From Spirochaetia bacterium (GTDB lineage: Bacteria; Spirochaetota; Spirochaetia; SZUA-6; Bin103), in the NCBI GenBank assembly GCA_965203905.1, contig CBDBDQ010000005.1, positions 2,144,001 to 2,208,000 of the forward strand: DNA of 64,000 bases, given 5' to 3'. Positions 9,406 to 19,464 of this stretch are shown in pieces. The position numbers were made by a program, and so were the translations under genes. The notes below the pieces were generated by a model, which ran no database searches, was not told the origin of the DNA, and worked only from the letters and a program-made list of their open reading frames with translations. Positions within the stretch are counted from its first letter, which is position 1. Each line of letters starts with the position of its first letter.

Positions 9406-10601
9406 CAGCCGTCGAGGTCCGGCCAGGTGGCTCGGATGGCCGTGCTCAGGTTGTCCTTGGGCGTGAGAACGAGGGCCGGTTGGTCCCAGCCGTCGAGCGG
9501 AACACCGGCCGATCCAGCGTGGTTCACCGCCGTCCGTAGCACCATGAGCGTCGCATCGGCGTCGCCGATCGTGCACGCTTCATCGCCACTGCTCCCGAGC
9601 CAGGTTGCCCGCACCGTCTTGGGACGCAGCTCGGCGCCGGAGCGCAGCGCGAACCCGCGCCCGAAGGCAAGCACGTGGGCGTGGAGCCCCAGCGCGACGA
9701 GGAGCGCACGAGCGGCGGCGTCCGCATCGGCGGAGTGGCCAGGGCCCAACGTGATCCGTCTCAGTTGGGCAAACGAGACCGTCGCACGCTGGGTCACCCG
9801 AGCGAACGAGACGGCGGCGGCGGCAGCTTCGTCGCCCATGAACGGCACCTGCCCATGGCCGATCTCGGAGAGCTTGTCCTTCTTGCCTCCTTTGACCTCC
9901 ACCTTGCCGATATCCCATTCCATCCGGTCATCAGGATTGGAAGTAATGGCCTCGTTGGTGTTCAGATTCAGTGCGTCACCCTTGAGACCCAGCACCCGCG
10001 TGGCGGTCGCAGCCGGGCTCCATCCCACGATCTCGGAGACCCACGCTCGCGCGTGCTTGGTGTTGTGCCGCTTTTTCCCCAGGTGAGACTGCCAGAATCC
10101 GAACAGCAGCGCCTGCGGAAACCAGGCCATGAGCGGACCGCACGACTGAGCCGTGGCTCCGAAGATCGCGCGTCCAAGGTCGGTCCGGGTGAAGTCGGCA
10201 TCACCAAGGCGGGCATCCCGCAGATACGCATCGGAATTGCGATGCGGGAACTCCAGGCTCGAGAGCCGGCGCGGCAGATGGGCCGGCAGGTTGGCCACGG
10301 CGGACAGGTCCAGCACCAGTTCGGGCACTCTGGTCGACTCCCGGTGCAGGCGGATCGCCTCCTCCAGGCGGTTCGCCTGCGACGGAACGTTGTCGATCAC
10401 GATCACCGGCGTCGGCGTCTCAGCGCCGGGCGAGGCCCAGCGCCGGTCCATCTGATACGTTCCTCCCTCGTAAACGGCCGGCTTGACCGTACCACCAGGA
10501 CCGGACAGAGGCTCCAGATCCGTGTCGATCCGAATGCCGTCGTCGAATGAGTCGTCGGCGCAGGCTGCAACAAGGGTATCGAGACTGATTGCTCTGGCCA
10601 C
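9405..10601 (-). CDS. csb1: Type I-G Csb1 (Cas7 backbone)
   Basis: GTG start with GGAGGT RBS; VKPAVY, IDNVPSQANRLE, PHRNSDAY, LLFGFW and LRSGAEL motifs. Confidence 0.92.
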   Translation of the reverse strand: MARAISLDTLVAACADDSFDDGIRIDTDLEPLSGPGGTVKPAVYEGGTYQMDRRWASPGAETPTPVIVIDNVPSQANRLEEAIRLHRESTRVPELVLDLSAVANLPAHLPRRLSSLEFPHRNSDAYLRDARLGDADFTRTDLGRAIFGATAQSCGPLMAWFPQALLFGFWQSHLGKKRHNTKHARAWVSEIVGWSPAATATRVLGLKGDALNLNTNEAITSNPDDRMEWDIGKVEVKGGKKDKLSEIGHGQVPFMGDEAAAAAVSFARVTQRATVSFAQLRRITLGPGHSADADAAARALLVALGLHAHVLAFGRGFALRSGAELRPKTVRATWLGSSGDEACTIGDADATLMVLRTAVNHAGSAGVPLDGWDQPALVLTPKDNLSTAIRATWPDLDG

Positions 10602-10639
10602 GCGGCCACCTCCGGAGAGTTGATCACTAGATCGGATGT

Positions 10640-10730
10640 TGATTCGCGGAACGGTGGACGAGTTCGTGAGACCGTGCACGAATTCGCCGATTCGCGAATC
10701 TGCTGCCGTGTAGTCGCGAAAACGCGAATC
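10640..10730. promoter_or_regulatory. Cluster of TTCGCGAA-like palindromes in the cas / oxidoreductase divergent promoter region
   Basis: Perfect palindrome gattcgcgaatc at 10689-10700, plus gattcgcgg, gtcgcgaaa and cgcgaatc nearby. Confidence 0.35.
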
Positions 10731-10807
10731 GTGGGTACGTCGGTATGCCGGCAAGCTTGACGAAACTCGTCGCGACCCTGCCAATGGCCGTCGTGAGAGA
10801 GCCAAGC

Positions 10808-13336
10808 GTGAACGTATCCGTTGATATGCCGGCGCGGGCGCGGATCGTGGTGATCGGCGCCGGCATCGTCGGCAACTGCCTGGTGGGGCACCTGGCGGAG
10901 CTGGGCTGGGATGAGCTGGTGCTGATCGACAAGGGGCCGCTGCCCGATCCGGGCGGGTCCACCGGGCACGCGTCGAACTTCATCTTTCCGACCGATCACA
11001 ACCGCGAGATCGCGATGCTGACCCTGGAGAGCCAGCGCCAATACGAGGCGCTGGGCGTGAACACCACCTGCGGCGGGGTCGAGGTGGCGCGCACCGAGGA
11101 GCGCATGGAGGAGCTGCGCCGGCGCATGACCTCGGCGCGTTCCTGGGGGATCGAGGCGGAGCTGCTGACGCCGGACCAGGTGGTGGCACGTATTCCGTTC
11201 GTGGACGGCGCCGTGATCAAGGGCGGCTTCTGGATGCCGGCGGTGTCGGTGGTGGACTCGGTGCAGGCGGGCACCGTGATGCGCGAACGGGCGCTGGCCA
11301 GGGGCGCGCTGACCGTGCTGGACAACACCGAGGTGACCGGGCTGGAGCTGGAGCGGCGCCGGTTCGGCCGTCCGCGCATCCGCGCCGTCGTGACCGGCGG
11401 CGGCACCATCGAAGCGGAGCAGGTGGTGATCGCCTGCGGCGTGTGGAGTCCGCGCATCGCCGCCATGGCCGGGGCCAGCATCCCCCTCACCCCCGCCGTG
11501 CACCAGATGGCGGACATGGGACCGGTCGACCTGCTGGCCAGGACCGGCAACGAGATTGGCTACCCGATCGTGCGCGACATGGACGTGTTCATGTACGAGC
11601 GCCAGAGCCACGAGGCGATGGAGGTGGGTTCCTACGCCCATCGCCCGATCCTGGTGCGCCCCGACGACATCCCCTCGCTCGCCGAGGCGGAGCGCTCGCC
11701 TACCGAGATGCCGTTTACCGGCGCCGACTTCGCGCCCCAGCTTGGCCACGCGCGCGAGATCATGGGCGAGCTGCTCGCCGGCACGGAGATGCAATACGCG
11801 GTGAACGGGCTGCTGTCGCTGACGCCGGACACGCACCAGGTGCTCGGCGAGACCGCGGAGGTGGAGAAGCTGTGGTCGGCGGCGGCGGTGTGGATCAAGG
11901 AGGGGCCGGGCACGGCGCGCCTGATCGCGGAGTGGATCACCTACGGCTACCCCCGCCTGTGCGATCCCCACGCCTCCGACATCACCCGCTTCTACGCCCA
12001 CGAGCGCACCGAGCAGCACATCCGCGGGCGCTGCGACGAACACTTCAACAAGACCTACGGCATCGTCCACCCGCGCGAGCAGTGGGCGTCCGAGCGCGGC
12101 ATGAACCGCGCCCCGTTCCACGACCGCACCACGGCCCTGGGCGCCGAGTACCACGAGGCGCGCGGCTGGGAGCGCCCGCAGTGGTACGCGTCGAATGCCG
12201 ACCTGGTGGAGCGTTACGGCGTCTCCGACCGGCCGCACGAGTGGGACCGGCGCTGGTGGTCGCCGATCAGCACCGCCGAGCACCTGCACCTGCGGGAGAA
12301 GGTGGGGATCGTCGACCTCAGCGCGTTCCAGATCTTCGACCTCTCCGGACCCGGCGTGGTGCCCTGCCTGGAGCACCTCACGGTCAACAAGTGCGACCGC
12401 CCGGTGGGCAGCTCGATCTATACGCCGCTGCTCACCCCGGACGGCGGCATCCGCGCCGACCTCACCATCCAGCGCCTGGCGGCGGACCGCTTCCGCGTGG
12501 TCACCGGCGCCTTCGACGGGGCGCGCGACGAGGTGTGGTTCCGGCGCCACCTGCCGGCGGACGGCTCGGTGCAGTTCGAGAACCTGTCATCGGCGCTGTG
12601 CACCATCGGCGTGTGGGGACCGGAAGCGCCCGCGCTGCTGGCCGGCATCACCGGCACCGGCCTGGCGCAGGCGGACTTTCCGTACGGCACGGTGCGGGAG
12701 GCGATCATCGACGGCGTGCCCGTGACCATGCTGCGCATCTCCTACGTCGGTGAGAACGGCTGGGAGATCACCACCCGCATGCAGCACGGCGTGCGCCTGT
12801 GGGACGCGCTGTGGCAAGCGGGCCGCCCGCTCGACGCCCGCCCGGTGGGCATCGGCGTGTACGGCACCACCGGGCGCATGGAGAAGGGCTACCTGCTGAT
12901 GGGATCCGACCTCACCGCCGAGTACTCGCCGGTGGAGGCCGGCCTGGCGCGGCCGCGCGTGAAGCGGGACGACTTCATCGGCAAGCAGGCCTACCTGAAG
13001 GCTCGCGCGACCGCTCCCGCCGCGCGGATGTGCGCGCTGACCATGGACGACCACACCGGCGCCGCCGGCAGCGCGCGCTTCCCCACCGGCGGCAACGAGC
13101 CGATCCTGACCGCGGACGGCTCCCGCATCGCCGACGCCCACGGCCGCGAGTCACGCGTCACCTCCGCTGGCCTGGGGCCGTCGGTGGGCAAGTACCTGCT
13201 GTTCGCCTACCTGCCGCCGGTGCACGCGGCACCCGGAACCCGCCTGCAGGTGTTGTACATGAACGAGCCCTTCCCGGTGACGGTAGCCGCCGGCCTGGCG
13301 ACGTTCGATCCCGCCGACACGCGCATGAAGGCATGA
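10808..13336 (+). CDS. FAD-dependent oxidoreductase with GcvT domain (dimethylglycine/sarcosine dehydrogenase-like)
   Basis: VVIGAGIVG, GSTGHA and GWERPQW; C-terminal aminomethyltransferase domain; start 10808 or 10826. Confidence 0.9.
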   Translation: MNVSVDMPARARIVVIGAGIVGNCLVGHLAELGWDELVLIDKGPLPDPGGSTGHASNFIFPTDHNREIAMLTLESQRQYEALGVNTTCGGVEVARTEERMEELRRRMTSARSWGIEAELLTPDQVVARIPFVDGAVIKGGFWMPAVSVVDSVQAGTVMRERALARGALTVLDNTEVTGLELERRRFGRPRIRAVVTGGGTIEAEQVVIACGVWSPRIAAMAGASIPLTPAVHQMADMGPVDLLARTGNEIGYPIVRDMDVFMYERQSHEAMEVGSYAHRPILVRPDDIPSLAEAERSPTEMPFTGADFAPQLGHAREIMGELLAGTEMQYAVNGLLSLTPDTHQVLGETAEVEKLWSAAAVWIKEGPGTARLIAEWITYGYPRLCDPHASDITRFYAHERTEQHIRGRCDEHFNKTYGIVHPREQWASERGMNRAPFHDRTTALGAEYHEARGWERPQWYASNADLVERYGVSDRPHEWDRRWWSPISTAEHLHLREKVGIVDLSAFQIFDLSGPGVVPCLEHLTVNKCDRPVGSSIYTPLLTPDGGIRADLTIQRLAADRFRVVTGAFDGARDEVWFRRHLPADGSVQFENLSSALCTIGVWGPEAPALLAGITGTGLAQADFPYGTVREAIIDGVPVTMLRISYVGENGWEITTRMQHGVRLWDALWQAGRPLDARPVGIGVYGTTGRMEKGYLLMGSDLTAEYSPVEAGLARPRVKRDDFIGKQAYLKARATAPAARMCALTMDDHTGAAGSARFPTGGNEPILTADGSRIADAHGRESRVTSAGLGPSVGKYLLFAYLPPVHAAPGTRLQVLYMNEPFPVTVAAGLATFDPADTRMKA

Positions 13337-13407
13337 ACCGCGGTTGCCGGTGTCGCAAAGTGCCGTCACGATATAGGCAAGTTGTGGAGCGGTTCGAAGG
13401 TGATCAA

Positions 13408-13851
13408 GTGGCCGTGTCTCGGAGCGTGGCGGAGGCCGTGGCGTTCATCTTGGGCGGAGTCGCCGGCATCGGCCTGGAGGTACATTCGGATGCCGAATTG
13501 GCCGACGCCGTGGCTGCCGGCTTCGACGTGAAGGCGATCGACGCGCTCAAGCAGAGGGGCGTTACCGGTGCGGAAGTGAACTCTCTCATCATCAAGCCGC
13601 GTACCCTGTCGCACAGGCGGGCGAATGGAGGCAGGCTGACGGTCGATGAGTCCGATCGCGCCGCACGGGTGGCGCGGGGCCTGGTGCTCGCGGAGAGAAC
13701 CTTCGCCAACCGAGAAAAAGCAAGCCGCTGGATGCACCGAAATCTCGGCACGCTCGGCGGTCGCACGCCGATGGAACTGCTCCGCACGGATGCCGGCGCC
13801 CGCGCCGTCGAGAGTCTGCTGGCGCGAATCTCCTGGGGCGCGGCGGCCTGA
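13408..13851 (+). CDS. Xre/MbcA/ParS-type antitoxin (DUF2384), no RES toxin adjacent
   Basis: RTLSHRR...LTVDESDRAAR...A.RW...LGGRTPMELL.TDAGA..V..LL.RI..G pattern. Confidence 0.85.
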   Translation: MAVSRSVAEAVAFILGGVAGIGLEVHSDAELADAVAAGFDVKAIDALKQRGVTGAEVNSLIIKPRTLSHRRANGGRLTVDESDRAARVARGLVLAERTFANREKASRWMHRNLGTLGGRTPMELLRTDAGARAVESLLARISWGAAA

Positions 13852-13876
13852 TGTGCTTACCGAACGCCGTACAGCT

Positions 13877-14614
13877 CTACTCACCTATATTCGGCGGCTC
13901 ATCAATCATTTCGATCCAACTCAAGAGCTCATTCCTCCGGCTCTTCAATCGCTGCTTCACCTCGTCCCTAAAGTCATCCTCCCCAAGAGAGAGCCGACCA
14001 AGAGTGCTTCCAACATCATGCCACCAAGGAAGCAAGCTTGTCTGATCGAAAGAGTTCTCAATGTAACCTCGTAGCTTTCTGACGATACCTTTCAACTCAT
14101 CGTGAGCCTTCCAAGAGGCTTCTTTTGCCTTCTCTTTCTTCGTCTCGTCATCGTACGATACTGTTGAATGAATCTCATCATACGCCGGATCCAAGACTAT
14201 GACCATCGCCTTCAGCATGTCAATTACAATTGTTGAATTACTTTCAATACAGAACAAATGCTCTGATTGTCTGTCCACACGAGAAATTAGATCTGCCGAT
14301 TCACCAGTCCTCGCTACAACATCGTCGGAGGTCGTATCATACTTACTTCTTCGAGAATGCCACAACGTCCAAAAAAAGACACCAACAAAAATCAAGAACA
14401 GTGCGTCGAAGATTCGCTCTCCCCAGTCCAACTGGCTCACAAAAAGCAACAGACGAGCAATGAGCGACTTCCAAGCAGAAATGTCATCGGAGACGCTTGC
14501 TAATCCCAGAAGGTCAATAAGATTCTGGGCACGCGCAAGAATGCCCGAAGTTATGCCGCCGGATCCTGAAACCCATTGTAGTCTTCGCAGCCACTTTTTA
14601 CGGGCAGTTCGCAT
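13877..14614 (-). CDS. Hypothetical membrane protein
   Basis: 245-aa lower-GC ORF with hydrophobic segment IFDALFLIFVGVFFWTLW. Confidence 0.6.
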   Translation of the reverse strand: MRTARKKWLRRLQWVSGSGGITSGILARAQNLIDLLGLASVSDDISAWKSLIARLLLFVSQLDWGERIFDALFLIFVGVFFWTLWHSRRSKYDTTSDDVVARTGESADLISRVDRQSEHLFCIESNSTIVIDMLKAMVIVLDPAYDEIHSTVSYDDETKKEKAKEASWKAHDELKGIVRKLRGYIENSFDQTSLLPWWHDVGSTLGRLSLGEDDFRDEVKQRLKSRRNELLSWIEMIDEPPNIGE

Positions 14615-15022
14615 TCGGTAGCCTCAGAGAGCTCCTCTATCTGCGTTGATGCTCATATAGGAAGCCTTGTGGAGAGACAGAGACGACTACTCTCGTAGCA
14701 CCGGTACGTGATTCGCACGAACCGGCACAGAGACTGCCGGATTCAGCGTGTCGGTCTATTGAATGCAAAGGGAATACGCACATGTGCCATCATAGTGTCG
14801 TCAGCTCGGCACCACAGCGCGCGAGAGTATAGTCCATCGCCGATTGGTGGTTTCCGTGTAATACCGGCAATTAAGTCCGCGCAAGTGGCGAATCTAGGAA
14901 TCCGGCACCGCATGAGGTGAGACCTTGACCGTCCGTGATCTTGCCACTTGTGGCGTCGAAGTGTCGATAATCTGGAGAATCCGTTCTACTTATCCAATCC
15001 GTATACGGTTGAGTCCAAATGC

Positions 15023-16204
15023 TCATTTGCCGTTCTTCAACCTGAATGCGGAAACCACTTCCTGTTTAATCAATCCCCTATGACCCTTTCGTTTGGGTGC
15101 AAGCGTTCTACTTTGGATTCTGTCTTCGAATCGGTCGAACAAGCGAAAGTTCATACTCTCCAATATCTGGTTTAGTGCGTCCCATGTGAGGATTCTTCGT
15201 CCTCCCACAAGGTTATCGCCACAGACTAGTATTAGGGTGCCATCCGGCGCAAGTAAATCCTTAAACGAGAGGAATGCCATCTCCATATCCCGAAAATACC
15301 GATGGACAATAGCCGCACGTTTCATACATTGAATTTCAAGTTCTCTTAGTTGAGGAACCAGTTCTCTTCTATGCTTCGACTGTTCATCATAAACTAGAGA
15401 AGTACTAACACCTCGCTCTGTACCTATGAACTCCCGAATAATGCAGTCCACACGGAACGGCAACAAGCCCTCGAGCATGTAGAGCTCAAGTTTCGCGTTT
15501 CTAAAGTAATCCTGAGCATTGACGTACGGAGGGGAGGTGATGACATGTGAACACGTAAACGAATCCCTATGGGACCGCGCCGCATCAATGACACTGATGT
15601 GATGCACACTTGGGCCAACGTCTTGCGGGTCTCCGTAGAACCTCGAGAGTTCACTAAGGACGCTCTGAAGGACGATCATAGGATCAAAATGCTTCCCTTT
15701 TCGTACCCTCCGCGCTTCCTGTGAAATAAACGGCTTAGGGCTACGCTGGTCGGACCGTGAACACGGGCGGACGGAGAGCCCCATCGATAGGAGCACTCCA
15801 CGCCCCGCTGCCGTATCATTGAGTCCCATCTCCGACGCTACGAACCGGATCTGCTGGAACTTCCGTAGTGTGGCGGGTGTGAACCAATATCTCGCATTAC
15901 TCCAGGCTAGGGGCAGTTCTTTGCTCGAATGAGCGCGACATACGAGATCGTCGCAAAGCCGCCTTGCTTCGTCAGCGTCGAACCCCTCAATCTTTACCTG
16001 CGATAGGAGAACGCCAAACGGATTGATGTCCATCCCAGAGACCTTAAGGCTCTCTTTGCGGGCGGCGTAGAGTACCGCTCCGGATCCGCAAAACGGATCG
16101 ACCAAGTGGCTCGCATCACTAGCATACCGAGTGACGAGTGTTCGCGCGAGATGTGAAACCATCTTTCCTGGATAGCGGTCTATGCGCGCGGGTGGAGATG
16201 TCAT
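15023..16204 (-). CDS. DNA methyltransferase (amino-MTase, probably N4-cytosine)
   Basis: YPGKM, motif I DPFCGSG before motif IV TSPPY; ATGA overlap with the upstream gene. Confidence 0.88.
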   Translation of the reverse strand: MTSPPARIDRYPGKMVSHLARTLVTRYASDASHLVDPFCGSGAVLYAARKESLKVSGMDINPFGVLLSQVKIEGFDADEARRLCDDLVCRAHSSKELPLAWSNARYWFTPATLRKFQQIRFVASEMGLNDTAAGRGVLLSMGLSVRPCSRSDQRSPKPFISQEARRVRKGKHFDPMIVLQSVLSELSRFYGDPQDVGPSVHHISVIDAARSHRDSFTCSHVITSPPYVNAQDYFRNAKLELYMLEGLLPFRVDCIIREFIGTERGVSTSLVYDEQSKHRRELVPQLRELEIQCMKRAAIVHRYFRDMEMAFLSFKDLLAPDGTLILVCGDNLVGGRRILTWDALNQILESMNFRLFDRFEDRIQSRTLAPKRKGHRGLIKQEVVSAFRLKNGK

Positions 16205-17142
16205 TCTGGGCAAAAAATTATCCATCTGTTCCCAATACCGCGGGAATAGTAATGGAGATTATGTCGCAATACCTGCGAGTAGATCAAAGAAGGGGGGTCC
16301 GTACACTCGCGGATGTAGGTGTACGCTCCCACTGCTTGGGGCTTGGGTCCAAGGGGACACACGGCACGACGAAAGTCCGAATACACGCGGACATCACCCA
16401 AGACGCGACTCAGAACCCTAATCGTCGAACTAGGATCAATAGCATCAGCACGATCCACACAGGACTGGTCATCAATCGTAGCCACAAGGTTGCGATTGAG
16501 ACGTTCCGTTCGGCCCTTCCACTCAGGACGGAACGGCGGGTCTGGCACGATGAGCGTCGTGCGCTTCGGCTGGAGAATCTCATACGTTGAAAGTGCGCGG
16601 TCGCCTTCGTATCCCAAGAGCATCACAGCGTGAAGTGGCCGGCTCGGGTTGGCAGATGGAGCAAACCCCGGGAGCAGCGTCACGGATGACACGCCGAACG
16701 AAAGGGGCAATCGCCCTTTGATCTCATACTCTTCGGGTTCGCTGTATACTATCCAAAGACGATCCCAGAGTCCACAATCGTCAAGAAGTCGTAAAAGAAG
16801 GAGGAGAGTGCGTTTCGACATCACCGAGATATCCACAACTACCGGGCGACTTCCACTCTCTCGCAAGACGGATCGAAGAGGGCGGTGTCCATCGGCCGAT
16901 GTCTCCGTGATGCAACTCAAGGAAAGCTCCACGACCGGCGATCGCGCTTCTAACATGGATAGTAGCGTCATTCGATGCTCGTAACCCGAAGGTGTCTCCT
17001 CTTCGTACCCGAACAAAATGGTCTTCTTGGGAACCCAATCTTCACAATCTCCCAAGATCCCGAGACATCGCGGCTCGTGACTTGAGCACACCAACAGCAG
17101 GCAGTCCTGTGGAAGTAACTCTTGATCAAATACCGCCTTCAT
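16201..17142 (-). CDS. Hypothetical protein, possibly tandem CARF-like/Rossmann domains
   Basis: Two beta-loop-helix units (VVVDISVMSK, VCPLGPKPQAVG) and LLGYEGDR; coupled between ATPase and MTase; fold is inferred. Confidence 0.55.
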   Translation of the reverse strand: MKAVFDQELLPQDCLLLVCSSHEPRCLGILGDCEDWVPKKTILFGYEEETPSGYEHRMTLLSMLEARSPVVELSLSCITETSADGHRPLRSVLRESGSRPVVVDISVMSKRTLLLLLRLLDDCGLWDRLWIVYSEPEEYEIKGRLPLSFGVSSVTLLPGFAPSANPSRPLHAVMLLGYEGDRALSTYEILQPKRTTLIVPDPPFRPEWKGRTERLNRNLVATIDDQSCVDRADAIDPSSTIRVLSRVLGDVRVYSDFRRAVCPLGPKPQAVGAYTYIRECTDPPSLIYSQVLRHNLHYYSRGIGNRWIIFCPE

Positions 17143-17147
17143 AAGCC

Positions 17148-19284
17148 CTACGACCCATTCTCTCCAAATGGAAGTTGTGCACTGAGATCAGATCGGTGCC
17201 TACGTTGGGACCAACTTCCTACGAGAAGACTCTTTGTCGTCCTACGATTCTCTTTGTCCAACAGCCCCAACAACTGAGAGCACCCCACCGTAGTTCTCCA
17301 TCTCAATCGTGGACTGATCTCAAGTGTCGGCGCAAAAATACGTGAAATATTGATCTCCAGTGGCTGTGGATCTTCCACATGCTTTGGTCGTATACCCGAT
17401 CGTCCTTCAAGAACTTGAAAAACCCCTTCCTTAATCCCTATACCGATCATCTTTCTTAGCAACTCGTAGTCGCTCTCCAACAGCATCTGAGGATCTCTAA
17501 TGGCAAGGCGTGCCGCTTCAGGCTCGCTTGAGTGGTGAAGCAACTTTTGTCTAAGACAATCCCCTAAATCAAGCAGAAAATCCTTAAGCTTCTCACCATA
17601 CGTCTCTATATTCCGGCTAAGTGTTGCCAAATTATGTACCGACACGACATGAACAGCCTCCGATTGAAACTCCGGATCTATCGAGAAAAAATCACTCATC
17701 TCATTCGACTGCAAGTGATATGCCATGAGAAGGACCTCTTGAAAGTAGCGAATGACTCCAGAGCTAATAAATGCCAACTCCTTGTACCCAGAGAACCGCT
17801 TCTTTGTCCGCCTCCCAGGGCTACCATAGAGCTGTCGGTAAATTGCCGCCTCGCGATAGTAGGACAACTTCGCATCCTGAGTACGTACGTCCCAAGAATC
17901 AAACTCCCGCCGATCAATCCGAAGGAGCCGAAGTGTCTCTTCAACGACTTTCTCTCGGGGAATTTCGTCGTCACTGCTCTCTGGAAGAAGCCTCGCAAGC
18001 GTCGCTGGAGCGCCTTCTCGCGTTGTAAGAAGTTTTCCTACCATGTTCTCAAGGAGCCCGATGTATCGCTCGAAGTCAGAGTCATTCTCTACCGAGTAGA
18101 TCAGCGTCACCCTATTGTAATCATGCGTCTCCTGGAGCTCTTGTCCTTCGGTAGTGTCCGAGACTTCTTGACTCCCTATCTTTCGCGCTACTTTGACAGA
18201 GATCGTAGGCGGCCCGAGCTTAATGAGACTGTTGACCACAACTTTCTGATATGAAAGGAGGTTCTCATACTCATCTAACAGAATCGTGATTTGACTACGC
18301 GACAACGACCGAACATTCCTTCGAACTAGGTTTACGACCCGTCTAAAGGTCGCGAGTCCGAAGGACGCGAACGGAATGGAGGTAGCCTCATCGTAGATGA
18401 ACTTCCTGCGGACGAATTCCGCCAGTTTGAGGTGCATATCTGCGAAGTGCTCTAGCAGATCCTCAAAACGTTCAAGCGTGCTCTCGGTCTGTGGAGATAG
18501 AACACCGGCTATCGACCGTACCAATGTCCCCTCAGAACGGCTCCCGAGTTCTAGTCTATTGGCACGCGTGCAATGGGAGATCTCTGACACCATACTCTCA
18601 ACAACACCAAGATAGAATTCCTGAGCGAAGACATCAGTCAGTTGTGCGAGTGTCTTGGAGTCGAACGGTACCGAGAGATCGTCGACCTTAAGAGAGGTAC
18701 CAGCATTGCAGAAGGCACCCCGTTCAAGGCGAACGTAGCAACCAAAGAGCTGACGAAGAGTCTTCGGTGAATCCGAGCGAGCGGAAAGAATACGAGCCCT
18801 CAGAGATAGCAAAAGCATAGTCTTTCCGGTGCCACGGGAACCTTCAAGAAAACAAGGTTTCATCTCCTCGAGAACTCGTATCTTAGCTGCATCTGGCGGA
18901 GAGAATGATGAGGCCAACAGTGTTGGGTTATCCTCTTCAAAGTACTCGGCCCGAACCCGCCAGAAGGGGTTTAAGGAGTCCTCCTTTAGTGCTGCACTGA
19001 TAGTTGATGTGTCTGAGATTGTGTCAGAAATCTGAGAGCACAGTTGCTCGAGCGTATGTTGGTAGTGCTCATCGTCAACACTCCCATATACGTGGGTGCC
19101 TATAAGTGGAGGTAGCTGAACAGACCCATACTTGAGGACGATAACGCTTCCGCCATCTTGGCTGACACGATTCCATAACGCGGCGGATATCTCAAGTCTT
19201 TGCCAATTGGCGCCATGGGTGTTCTTTGAATAGATGACGATTATGGTGTGAGAATTGGCAATTGCTTCGTTCATAAATTCTATT
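17148..19284 (-). pseudogene. 3' part of TIR-domain + ORC/CDC6-like P-loop ATPase gene, interrupted by a mobile element
   Basis: TIR second half (IEFMNEAIANS..IIVIYSKN...WQRLEI); Walker A GSRGTGKT; Walker B ILLDEYEN. Confidence 0.85.
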
Positions 19285-19464
19285 GAACTAAACCGCTTCG
19301 CGGTAGGGGTGGCGTCGGCCGTGTCGAGGCGCGGAGCCCTTCCCAAACACAATCCCTACATGGTGTCTGGACTCTACTAACGGGAGATGGGTGGTTGCCC
19401 CCGGAGCGTAGCGCCGCTCCGGAGGCTGATGGACCACGCGTCTCTACACGAGGAGGAGTCCATC

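Noticed and set aside
13851-14045. Small ORF after the Xre antitoxin as the RES toxin
   Set aside because: No RES motifs, only 64 aa, and it lies antisense to a longer ORF.
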